A program made the position numbers and the translations under genes. Positions 51,809 through 62,633 of a stretch of 64,000 nt of DNA are shown here, one piece after another. Each line of letters starts with the position of its first letter. The first letter of the stretch is position 1. The notes beneath the pieces are model-generated. The model was given only the letters and a program-made list of their open reading frames with translations. It searched no databases and was not told the origin of the DNA. This DNA is from Octopus bimaculoides (lineage: Eukaryota): contig NC_068984.1 of assembly GCF_001194135.2 (NCBI RefSeq), forward strand, positions 17,131,944-17,195,943, read 5' to 3'.

Positions 51809-52195
51809 CTGAAAATAGAAGCAAATGGTGAATTTTTAAAATAGCTTAAAGTATATTTAGACATCAGTTAAACAACATGAATCTGAAGATTCATTAAATA
51901 ATAAATTCAATATTTCAAAGAGTAAATATATACAATAGTTTTTGGAAAGGTAGTTCATAGCCTTCACATTATACAACACAAGTTGCATTGTATCCCTTAA
52001 GTTTTCCAGTTTTATTTTTCTGTTGACTTCAATGTACAGAGCAGGAAATTGTGTATCAAATGAAATTTGCAATAATGGTTTAGCCATAAAAACATTTGCT
52101 TTAAAAAAGGTGAAAATTAGCAAAAAGTCACACAAAAACAGAATGGACAATAGGTGACTTTTGTCAACAAATATACATATCCAGTTACAGTTAAT

Positions 52196-52603
52196 TATTT
52201 CAGTTCTACATTTAAGAGATGAGGAATTATGTACATTATTTACATTCGACGGATATTTGTCCTCATCTTGTTTGTTGTTAACACATCGTTTCGGCTGATA
52301 TACCCTCCAGCCTTCATCAGATGTCTTGAGGAAATTTCGAACCTGGGTTCTCATTCCTAAGGTATTCTTCGATGTTATTATTATTATTGTTCAGGTCACT
52401 GCTTGGAATTGAACTCGGAATCTTGGGGTAAGTAGCCCACGGGCATATGGCGTAGTGGTTAAGAGTACGGGCTACTAACCCCAAGATTCTGAGTTCGATT
52501 CCAAGCAGTGACCTGAACAACGCCACCGCCAACGACATCATCATCATCATCATCGAAGAATACCTTAGGAATGAGAACCCAGGTTCAAAATTTCCTCAAC
52601 TGA
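52196..52603. mobile_element. Head-to-head pair of a tRNA-headed SINE whose tail carries a hammerhead; in the last ADPGK intron
   Basis: Plus copy 52441-52599 has a tRNA-like head (A box TGGCGTAGTGG 52448-58, B box GAGTTCGATTCC 52491-502) and stops just before or inside the hammerhead. Minus copy ~52438-52196 lacks the 5' head but has the full tail. Inverted arms 52326-52374/52551-52599 (49 bp, 1 mismatch) and 52387-52438/52469-52520 (52 bp, 3 mismatches). Confidence 0.75.
52281..52324 (-). ncRNA. Minimal type I hammerhead motif with one core substitution, sense to the ADPGK pre-mRNA
   Basis: Minus strand: ACAT-CTGATGA-A-GGCTG-gagggtatat-CAGCC-GAAAC-GA-T-GTGT. Stem I ACAT/GTGT, 5-bp stem II. 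Position 16.1 is A rather than U (AACGAT instead of the palindrome AACGTT). Confidence 0.65.
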
Positions 52604-52948
52604 TTTTAAGTATCTGTAGACTTTCAAAAAAATTCTCTTCAAACTAGGTTTCTCTTTCCTGCTGCTGAAGATTGATTTTCCTGTGCAGTTTTCAAAGCTG
52701 TCATTTTACGAAGCTATCTTCCAAATATTTGCTCTATTCTGACAAATTGACATCTAAAATCTCTAGACACCAAAAAGAAGTTCTTACTTATAATCATATT
52801 TGAAAGAATTTCTTTCATGAAGCAATTATTTAATTTTGTTAATGAAACATGGTGTGCATGTAAAATATATTAAGAATACATGTTGAATGTAAATATAAAA
52901 ATTAATCAAAAGAAACTTTTTTTTCTTAGAATTATAGAAAATTCTTAC

Positions 52949-53085
52949 CAGGTTCAAGAGGAAAATTATCCATCATTTGAAGGCCACCAAGAATTAACAA
53001 TGAAGGTTTAAATTTCAGCAATTCTTTTGAAAAGATTTCCATTGATGTAAGTTGAGGGTTACTTTTATCATTGTGAATGATAAAT
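52949..53085 (-). CDS. ADPGK: ADP-dependent glucokinase, internal coding exon (137 nt): (R)FIIHNDKSNPQLTSMEIFSKELLKFKPSLLILGGLQMMDNFPLEP
   Basis: Acceptor tttactgttttctag| and donor CCTG|gtaaga. Phase 2 in, phase 1 out. The P.L..LGGL.MM motif is typical of ADPGK. Confidence 0.95.
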
Positions 53086-54186
53086 CTAGAAAACAGTAAA
53101 TAACTTTTAATATTATTTAACATTATTAAGTCACATATCCTAGATACAAAAAAGCATTTCATAAATTAGATATCATATTTGATAGCATATAAGACACTTT
53201 TATTTAAAAAAAAAAGGGGGCTCAAAAAAGAAAAAAAAATCACCCTGGGTCCTATAAATGAAGTTGAATTTCTCATGAGCTTTAATGCATTAAAGCCATT
53301 TTCCCCTGAATATGCACTTCTGAAATTAGGGTGCATCCAATATGCCCATGTGTCTTTTTGACTATAAGATATGGTAAGTTATATACAACATTAGTCCAAA
53401 TTGAAACCTGACCATCCATGCCAAAATATAAAACACAACATTTGTAAAGTAAAAAGAAAAGTATTTCCTTAAATTGGATAATCTTTCTGTTTTTATTCAC
53501 TACAATTACTAGAAGCTTCCGGAACAAACTGAAATGCCATGTTTTAGTAGTACTAAAGAGCTAAAAGAAACCTCTTTCCCTGGATACTAATTAAAAGTTA
53601 TTCAGGTTGACATGTGTCTGCCCACTGGCACTTATAAGGATTAGAAATAATTTGAGTATTGTATATACAAAATCCCATATACTATGTGTGTCCCAGTTTC
53701 AGGATAGGTATACCATGCCTCTGTATGTTGTAAAAGGCAACTGGAATGGTAAAAGGAAGGGCATCTAGTCATAAAACACTGCCACAATAGTAATCTATTT
53801 TGTATTTTTACTGTTGACTTCCTCAATGTATCTGTTGCTACATATGAAGTCTTCTTTCCCCGTGGGCTTGCCTGTGATCCCTTAGGTACATTATATGAAA
53901 TTTCTATGTATCCGTTTGCTGCATATCAAGTATAGCCACGAGCCTGCTAGAAGCAGAGCTGTCTTCTCTCCTATTCAGTTTAGTACAAAACCCTGTTGTA
54001 AAAGACAAGCTAGGAATCTCACATCTTATAAGCCCATAGATTCCATTCCATCCTGTAAATGAAACAAGTTGTAATTTTTATGAATTTCCAACTACTATTT
54101 TACAAACAAACACTGATCAAGAAATAAAATTTTTAACTGTAATCTAAGACTGAATCTATTTATTTAGTTATGAATGTTAGTCTTAC

Positions 54187-54283
54187 CGATTAGCTCGAGG
54201 TGAAACTTTCTCTCCCCATTGTTCTCCTTTGTTGTATTCCAAAATTAAGTGAATATCATCATGTGACAGTTTAGGACCAACAA
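54187..54283 (-). CDS. ADPGK: ADP-dependent glucokinase, internal coding exon (97 nt): (V)VGPKLSHDDIHLILEYNKGEQWGEKVSPRAN(R)
   Basis: Acceptor ttgttttcaacag| and donor CG|gtaaga. Translated manually (too short for the ORF track). Matches the ADPGK signature D.HLILEY..GE.WG....PRANRF; phases fit both neighbours. Confidence 0.95.
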
Positions 54284-54734
54284 CTGTTGAAAACAATTAT
54301 TATAGAATACATACAGTTTATATATAAAAAGAAATAGATTTCATTAATGTTTAGTAATTTTTGCTTTATTTTCAATGAATTATAACATGCATGATTAATT
54401 ATTAATGTGGAGAAATTTTGGTAAAAAATGTGACTAGATAAACCAGATTTGATCTATAGATTGTTTATCAAAAGAACACGAAACCGTTTACAGCAATGTT
54501 AATATGTTAATATTGCACAGTCACTCTTAAACCTCTTTGAGTATTATGTCTGAGTCTATGAGGTTTCTCTCCAATAGAAAGGGGTTAATGAATTGAGACA
54601 GATTATTGCAGTTAATATGGAGCTTCAACAGACAGATTCATATTTGATAAAAATACATGAACAGGAAAAGTTTCACAAGTCTGGAATTCTTTCACACCTT
54701 TTTAATTAATCAATTAATTGATTAAACGGCTTTT

Positions 54735-55250
54735 ACTGTGCTGGTTTCGTCATGTGATGCGGATGGATGCTGACAACTTCATAAAGAAGTGCCGATCTCT
54801 CAAAGTAGATGGAACATGTGGAAGTGGGAGACCCAGGAAGACATGGAATGAAGTACTGAAGAACAAGCACCGACGCTGAACCTTTCAGGTGAGATGACAA
54901 AAGACTGAGATGTCTGGCACCTTGCTGTCCTCAAGAAGACCCGTAATCCCCAGCAGAAGTGTTAAGACCGGTCCCTCTGGTGGTGAAAAGCACTCGTGGC
55001 AGTACTATGTAAAAGTGCTTGTGCAGTGCCACATAAAAGCACCCAGTACACTCTGTAAAGTGGTTGGCATATGGAAGGGCATCCAGCTGTAGAAACCATG
55101 CCAAATCAGACTGGAGTCTGGTGCAGTTCANNNNNNNNNNACCATGCCAAATCAGACTGGAGTCTGGTACAGCCTTCCAGCTTGCCAGCCCTGGTCAAAC
55201 TGTCCAACCCATGCCAGCATGGACAATGGATGTCAAATGATGATGATGAT
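54735..55250 (+). mobile_element. RTE LINE 3' end (coding remnant plus (GAT)n-tailed 3' UTR) in an ADPGK intron
   Basis: Translates to CWFRHVMRMDADNFIKKCRSLKVDGTCGSGRPRKTWNEVLK, contiguous with the aaaagcaccc...catggacaatggatgtcaaatgatgatg tail shared by many copies in the window. Confidence 0.75.
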
Positions 55251-55592
55251 TAGTAGATTCTTGCAGTTATATTTACTAATAGTGTGGTGGTCCAGACAAA
55301 TGACAAGTGCTTGAAAAGTGTTTCAGTTAGTACTCAAAGAATTGAGAATACATTCATGTAAATCCCATCTCAAGACTTAAGTCAGTATTCAAGGAATAAA
55401 ATATTAATATTTTGGGGTGTCTAACATTAAGCATGAGGGAGAATGAAGCATTGGTAACACTGATTACTCATTGACACAGCATGATATAAAGTACTAAGTT
55501 AAAGAAAAGCTTCAAAATACGAAAACTTAAAATATTGAATTCAGATCTGTGACAACATCTGAGAAATGGATGTGGCAGAGTGACTCTGAAGG

Positions 55593-55809
55593 AAGGCGGC
55601 AAGATGGCAGAAACGTTAGCATGCCAGGCAAAATGCTTAGTGGTATCTTGTCTGTCTTTATGTTCTGAGTTCAAATTCTGCTGAGGTCGACTTCGCCTTT
55701 CATCCTTTCGGGGTCAATAAATTAAGTACCAGTTGCGTACTGGGTCGATCTAATCAACTGGCCCCCCTCCCCCAAAATTCCAGGCCTTATGCCTAGAGTA
55801 GAAAAGAAT
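55593..55809 (+). mobile_element. tRNA-derived SINE family B (minus-strand copies at ~5382-5570, 35682-35890, 61530-61735 and 3280-3665)
   Basis: aaggcggc...gttagc head, B box GAGTTCAAATTC, tail ggccttatgcctagagtagaaaag; multiple homologous copies. Confidence 0.8.
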
Positions 55810-57051
55810 GACCCAGAAGGGGTATTGTTTTATAGGTAGATCTAATTGCTTTTCTAATCAAGAAAGAAATACCTTCACAAGAATTCCAAATTGATGTTCT
55901 TTGTAATTCCTACTAACTATTATGAAAGCTGAATCGGCACTACTTTCTCAGTCTTAAAAAGCTAAATTCATTATGTCAAATTTGTCCTAAACTTTCAACT
56001 TTTTCAATGGTCCATACAGTTGAACATCAAAGTTAAATCACCACCATCAACAGCATCATTTCACATCCATTTTCTATTGTAGGCATGTGTTGGATGTACC
56101 GACAGGAGTTAGCGAGCCAGAGGACTGAGCTAAACTGAAGTGTTTGCTCTGGCAAGTTTTCTACAGCTGGATGCTCTTCTTAACATCAGAGTGTACTGTA
56201 TGCTTTTTATGTGGCACTGGCATTAATGAGATCACCAAATAACTTGCAAGACAAAATCACCTCAACTGAGGGGGTGTAGTAGTGAGGGAGGTGACTTTGT
56301 GCCCTGTGACAAGAGGTTAAAGCATGATAGGACAGGAACAAGTGTCTTGCTGTAGAGGAGATACATGGCTACCCCATGAAAATTAACTATACTAATTACA
56401 TTCCAATATAATTTTCTATGTTCTTCAGTATATGTCAGTTTAGTATTCCCTTTATTGTGTTCTAAAAGTGTGAAACATCATCATCATCATCATTTAGCGT
56501 TGGTTGTCCATACTGGCATGGGTTGGACGATTTGACTGGGCTGGTACGCTGGAAGGCTGTGTCAGGATCCAGTCTGATTTGGCATGGTTTTCTATGGCTG
56601 GATGCTCTTCCTAACGCCAACCATTCTGAGAGTGTAATGGGTGCTTTCATGTGCCACCAGTACGGGGGCCACTTGCCATTATCTCTATATCTATTTTGAC
56701 AAATGTTAATGATAAAATGTATAATCTTAATGACAAAAAATGGATTTAACACAGAGTCATTAAAATATTTGTCTTAAGAGAAAAAGCCGTATTGTCCAAG
56801 TGTTAGAACCACATATCATAAAAGGCCCGTAATGCCAACCACTCCGAGAGTGTAATGGGTGCTTTTATGTGCCACTGGCACGGGTGCCATTTGTGTGACA
56901 CCAGTATCTGCCACAACTGCAATACTGCTTGGCTCGATTGGTCTTCTTCTCAAGCATGACATAATGCCAAAAGTCTTGTTTATTGCCTCCATGAGGCCCA
57001 CCTGATGAAATATTATAAAAAGTAGCCAAATCATTTGTATAAGCAACTTAC

Positions 57052-57242
57052 CTTTGATTCCTTCTGGAATCAAACTAAGCAATTTTTCACTCCATGATGT
57101 ACCCAAAAGCACATCTGCTCCTTCATGGTATAATCGATTGGCCATCACTGGTGCATTGCCACCGAGAGTCCATTGTTTGTCCTTTAAAATGTCTGCATTT
57201 GACCATAATGCTTCAAACAACGAAGAGTTATGAACATAACGC
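57052..57242 (-). CDS. ADPGK: ADP-dependent glucokinase, internal coding exon (191 nt): (E)RYVHNSSLFEALWSNADILKDKQWTLGGNAPVMANRLYHEGADVLLGTSWSEKLLSLIPEGIK
   Basis: Acceptor ctttattctattgtccag|G and donor AAAG|gtaagt. Phase 2 in, phase 1 out, joining the next exon in frame. Contains the GGNA motif of ADP-dependent kinases. Confidence 0.93.
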
Positions 57243-59911
57243 CTGGACAATAGAATAAAGCATCAGATTAAATTAGATAAGGAGGTCAAACAAAAATAAA
57301 TTTTACAAAAACCAAAGCGCTAAGAAAAGAGAAAATGTTTCAAAAAGAATGCATGTGTAGTAAATTAATCTAATATTCTGAATATTGTTAGTAATTAAGT
57401 GACATAGTCTCAATCAATTCTTTTGTAGATCAGCAATTCAGACATGGCTAATCCACATTACTCCATATAGAGCACAGTTCTTTCCTGGTTTCTCTGGTGT
57501 ATATATTTCTCCCTGGATGGGATGCTGGTCCATTGCAGGGTTACTCATTTTTACCAGCTGAGCAGACGGGAGCAGCATGATTTGAAGTGTTTTACTCAAG
57601 AATACAATGTGTTGCCCAGTCCAGGAATTGAAACCACAATCTTATGATCATGAGTCCAACACCCCTAACCACTAAGCCATACACATCCAGACAAGTGTTA
57701 TAATTTGGCCTGAGAGAATAATACAATCTTTATCAACAGTAGATGGTAACGAAGGGTTTAAAGTGTGACAGCCAGAATTTGCTTCATTGTCTCCTGACAA
57801 GTCTGTGTCAGAAAGACTGAATGGAAATGTTAAATCTAGGAAAAAGAAAGACTTTGTGAAGTGATGTCTGCCATAGGATCATGAATTACTTGATTTTTAA
57901 CCCAATCAAGCATAATAAAAACATACAAGCAGAAATTATTTTTCAAATTGTCAATGTCACTTTAAATATCTTTTATCTTTTACTTGTTTCACTCATTTGA
58001 CTGTGGCCATGCTGGGGCACCACCTTGAAGGGTTTTAGCCAAAAAAATTGACCCCGAGACTTATCTTTTTTAAGCCTGGTATTTGTTCTATCAGTCTCTT
58101 TTGCCAGACTGCTAAGTTAGAGGGATGTAAACACACCAACACCAGTTGTCAAGCAAGTGAAATCGAAGTCAAATTCGATGACAGCACCGCATGACTGGCA
58201 TCCGTGCTAGTGGAGCACTAAGAGCACCATCCAAGCATGATCGTTGCCAAAGCAGCTGACTGGCTTCCATGCCGGTGGCATGTAAAAAACACCATTTGAG
58301 CATGATCGTTACCAGTGTTGTCTTACTGGCACTTGTACCGTGGCACATGAAAAAGAATAATATTCAAGCAAGGTCATTGCCAGTGCTGCTGGACTGGCTC
58401 CTGTTCAGGTGGCACGTACAAAAACATCATTTGAGCAAGGCCGTTGCCAGTACCGCCTGACTGGCCCTCATGCCAGTGGCATGTAAAAGTACCCACGACA
58501 CTCTCGGAGTGGTTGGTGTTAGGAAGGGCATCAAGCTGTAGAAACTCTGCCAAATCTGACTGGAGCCTGGTGCAGCCATCTGGTTTGCTTTTACTGAATG
58601 CTCATTAGTCATAAATGACGAGAGAGAATCCATCATACATACACTTGACAACTGGTGTCGGTGTGTTTACATCCCAGTAACTTAGCAGTCTGGCAAAAGA
58701 GACTGATAGAATAAGTACTAGGTTTACAAAGAATAAGTCCTAGGGTCGATTTGTTCAACTAAAGGCAGTGCTTCAGCATGGCCACAATCAAATGACTGAA
58801 ACAAATACAAGAATAAAAGAGTACACACACACTTCTGAATTAAAACCCAGTCCCTGTAATGTCATTAACAGTAATTAAGCTAATGTTAACACTAGCTACT
58901 GATATATATCTATGATTTTTAACACTGTTTGTCTATAAGAGATGCTATCTTGGGATGAATATTGCAGTTTATCAGGTCAGTGTTAACATTTTATGCACCC
59001 AGTACTAAAAAGTTATGTGGGTACAAAAATAGGTGAAATTCAAACTTTGTAGTCATCATCATCATCATCATTGTTTAATGTCCGCTTTCCATGCTAGCAT
59101 GGGTTGGACAATTTGACTGAGGACTGGTGAAACCAGATGGCTACACCAGGCTCCAATCTGATTTGGCAGAGTTTCTACAGCTGGATGCCCTTCCTAATGC
59201 CAACCACTCAGAGAGTGTAGTGGGTGATTTTTATGTGCCACCGACACAAAGGCCAATCAGGCGGTACTGGCAACGGCCACGCTCAAAATGGTGTATTTTA
59301 TGTGCCACCCGCACAAGAGCCAGTCCAGGGGCACTGGCAATGATCTCGCTCGAAAGTCCTTACACATGCCGTGGGCACAAGTGCCAGAAAGGTGACACTG
59401 GGCACAGGTGCCATCACAATTTCGCTTTCACTTGCCCCAATAAGTCTTCGCAAGCTAAGTTTCGTGTCCAATGAGGGAGACGACGTTGGCATGGGTGCCA
59501 GTATTTATACAATCAACACTAAAAAAAAAAAAAAAGAAACACAAAATAGAAAAAGTATAGCATTCACTTTTAGAAATTTATTCATTAAATTATAAAATTT
59601 ACAGGTATTCAGTTCAAGTATTTCATAGTGACAGTGAATAGAAGGCTTAATTTTATATTGACTATATTCACCTAGCTGTTGGAAACAGATGTCTGATCTA
59701 GTTACCAGATGTAATAGCATTCTCTACTTGAGGTGATTTAGTGGTTTTCAGTATATCTCATCTTTCGTTTGCTTAATGCTATAAGACAAGGCAAAGCACC
59801 AGCCACTATAACCTTCTTGAGAGTTTTTGAGACAATAATATAGAATAAGTAAACTAACAACATAAAATGATTTTGCTATGCTTTTATTTACAAGAATGTT
59901 TCTATAGAAAC

Positions 59912-60093
59912 GGGCGCAGGAGTGGCTGTGTGGTAAGTAGCTTGCTTACCAACCACATGGTTCTGGGTTCAGTTCCACTGTGTGGCACCTTGGGCAAGTG
60001 TCTTCTACTCTAGCCTCGGGCCGACCAAAGCCTTGTGAGTGGATTTGGTAGACGGAAACTGAAAGAAGCCCGTCGTATATATGTGTATATATC

Positions 60094-60124
<31 letters not shown>

Positions 60125-60336
60125 TTGTGTGTCTGTGTTTGTCCCCGCAACATTGCTTGACAACTGATGCTGGTGTCTTTACGTTCCAATAACTTAGCGG
60201 TTCGGCAAAAGAGACCGATAGAATAATTACTAGGCAACCAAAGAATAAGTCTTGGGGTCGATTTGCTCGACTAAAGGTGGTACTTCAGAATGGCTGCAGT
60301 CAAATGACTGAAACAAGTAAAAGAGTAATAGAGTAA
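59912..60336 (+). mobile_element. tRNA-derived SINE family A, young full-length copy with central (TA)n(TG)n tract
   Basis: A box TGGCTGTGTGG, B box GGTTCAGTTCC, tail GAAACAAGTAAAAGAG; CpGs retained; homologous to 7070-7465, 11061-11470 and 40695-41165. Confidence 0.85.
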
Positions 60337-60433
60337 ACTTATATATATATATATTAAAAAAAAAACTACATATATTTTTTATAAATGAAAAGTTTTTTCT
60401 TAATAAACAAGTTTGCGTATTTTACATTATCAC

Positions 60434-60990
60434 ATCATCGTTTAACGTCTGCCTTCCATGCTAGCATGGGTTGGACGATTTGACTGAGGACTGGTGAATC
60501 AGATGGCTGCACCAGGCTCCAATCTGATCTGGCAGAGTTTTTACAGCTGGATGCCCTTCCTAATGCCAACTACTCCAAGAGTGTGGTGGGTGCTTTTACA
60601 TGCCACCGGCACGAGGGTCAGTCAGGCAGTACTGGCAATGGCTACACTCAAATGGTGTTTTTACGTGTCACCTGCACAGGAGCCAGTCCAGCGGCACTGG
60701 CAATGCCCTTGCTCGAATGTTGTTTTCCACGTACCATCAGCACAAGTGCCAGTAAGGCGACGCTGGTAACGATCACGCTCAAATGGTGCTTTTTACGTGT
60801 CACTGGCACAGGGGCCAGTCAGCGGCCCTGGCAACAATCATGCTCGGATGGTGCTCTTAGCGCTCCAGTAGCACGGATGCCAGTCATGCGGTGCTGTCAT
60901 TGAATTTGATTTCGATTTCACTTGCCTCGACAGGTCTTCACAAGCAGAGTTTAGTGTCCAATGAAAGAAAGGTATGCCTAAGTGGGCTGG
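60434..60990 (-). repeat. (GAT)n-tailed RTE-derived repeat, minus copy (others ~413-640, 4556-4780, 17118-17250, 49840-50130, 56477-56665, 56830-57000, 59053-59500)
   Basis: Reverse complement of the family above, with internal subrepeats. Confidence 0.85.
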
Positions 60991-62505
60991 TTACACCACT
61001 GGCATAGGCCATATGGCAAATTCAGAAATAATTTGAGAGCAGCATTTTTGGAAGTGAGCATTACAATTTAACAGTGTATGAATAGTAATAATTAGTAAAA
61101 GTAAATTTGGAGAACAAACAACTAGCCAAAAGAAGCTAAAGAACAAAATCCTGTCAACTGTTTTAAAAGTATGTCAAAAGGCAACAATTTATATAATATC
61201 CTCAAAATATTCATCATCATAATCATTTTAACATCCACTTTTCCATGCCTGCATGGGTCAGATGGAATCTGTTGAGGCAGATTTTCTACATCCAGACGCT
61301 CTTTCTGTTGTCAAACGTCCTTTGTTTCTGAGCAAGGCAATATTTCCCATGGCCAAACATATCGGAAATGAATGACATTGCTTGTGTGACAATGGCATTT
61401 ATTTATAACTATCATGTGATGTCAAGACAAGGAGACACAAACATAAATGCATGCACATATACAATATTCAACTGCAATATAGCTAATGCATTAGTCTTCT
61501 GCCATAACACAATAGCTTAAACATTGGTTTCAAATTTTGGTACAAGGCCAGCAATTTCAGGAGTGAGGTGGGGGGAAATTGATAATTTGCCTCCAGTGCT
61601 CAGCTGGTACTTATTCTATCAACCCTGAAAGGATGAAAGGCAAAGTTGACCTTGGTGGAATTTGAACTCAGAACGTAAAGATGTCACTAGGCATTTTGCT
61701 CAGTGTACTAATGATTCTGCCAGCTTGTCACCTTCACAGTAATTTAAATGTTAAAACATTTTCATTTAAATCAATTATAATCAATTAAAAATGGTTAATA
61801 TGAACAAAAGACTGCCATGTAAAAAACCCCCAAAAACCCAAAGATTTTCAAATCAACTTTTATAAAAATTTACAAATAACTCAAGATTCAAAATAAACTT
61901 TTTAACAAGATGAAATCTTCAATAATTTTTTTAAAGAAGTGTCAAAATGTCTAAGTAAAAATAAGTGAAATATAATTACTAAGAAAAATTTAGTAATATA
62001 CATTAAACAATAAATTTCAATTCATTTATTCAGTTAACAACTTTAAGAGAAACATGAATGTGACATACTTTCATCTGTCCTGAATTATTTGAAGTTTTGA
62101 AATATTTAATTTTTATACTTGCAAAGAAATACTGTGCAGGAGCTTATTTCTTTAACTTGAGAATCTTGGAAATAGTGTATACATCAGCTATTTAAAACCG
62201 ACATTTTTAGATATTTTTCTTGTCAATAATCTATGGATGATATAGATGAGATGCATATAGTATCCTATCTATATCATCTGTTCTATATTATAATCATCAC
62301 ATGATTATAAGGTCTGTTCTATATTATAATCCTCACATTGTTTCACATTTATAATAATGGTATAATTAGAGTGGGTTATTAACGTTATTTATTTTGATCA
62401 CCGACATTAATCACTTAAGGCTCAACCAGATAGCATTCTATACCTCACTGTCAAACCATCTTAAATGTGTCCTTATCATTACTGAACTTTTAATTTTTCT
62501 TTCTA

Positions 62506-62633
62506 CAGGGTGTCCACAAGGTCTGGGTACAAAGGAGTAAATAAAATCATAACATAAACAATTAAATATAAGAAATAATAATTTCTTAAAGTATGTGTTA
62601 ATCCCCATGTACCCAGACTTTGTGGACACCCTG
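62506..62633. mobile_element. Tc1/mariner MITE (128 bp)
   Basis: TA TSD; 26-bp TIRs CAGGGTGTCCACAA(G/A)GTCTGGGTACA with one mismatch. Confidence 0.85.

Noticed and set aside
52441-52510. tRNA gene
   Set aside because: The acceptor stem does not close and the sequence continues into a SINE body; treated as a SINE head.
55095-55170. Direct duplication of accatgccaaatcagactggagtctggt
   Set aside because: The copies flank a 10-N gap, so this is probably a contig-overlap artefact.
56816-57051. Extension of the ADPGK ORF past the donor
   Set aside because: Read-through into intron and repeat sequence; the splice at 57052 gives the homologous frame.
59706-59778. Minus-strand 73-nt segment with good acceptor and donor as a missing upstream ADPGK exon
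   Set aside because: All three frames contain stops and there is no GAAAE motif.
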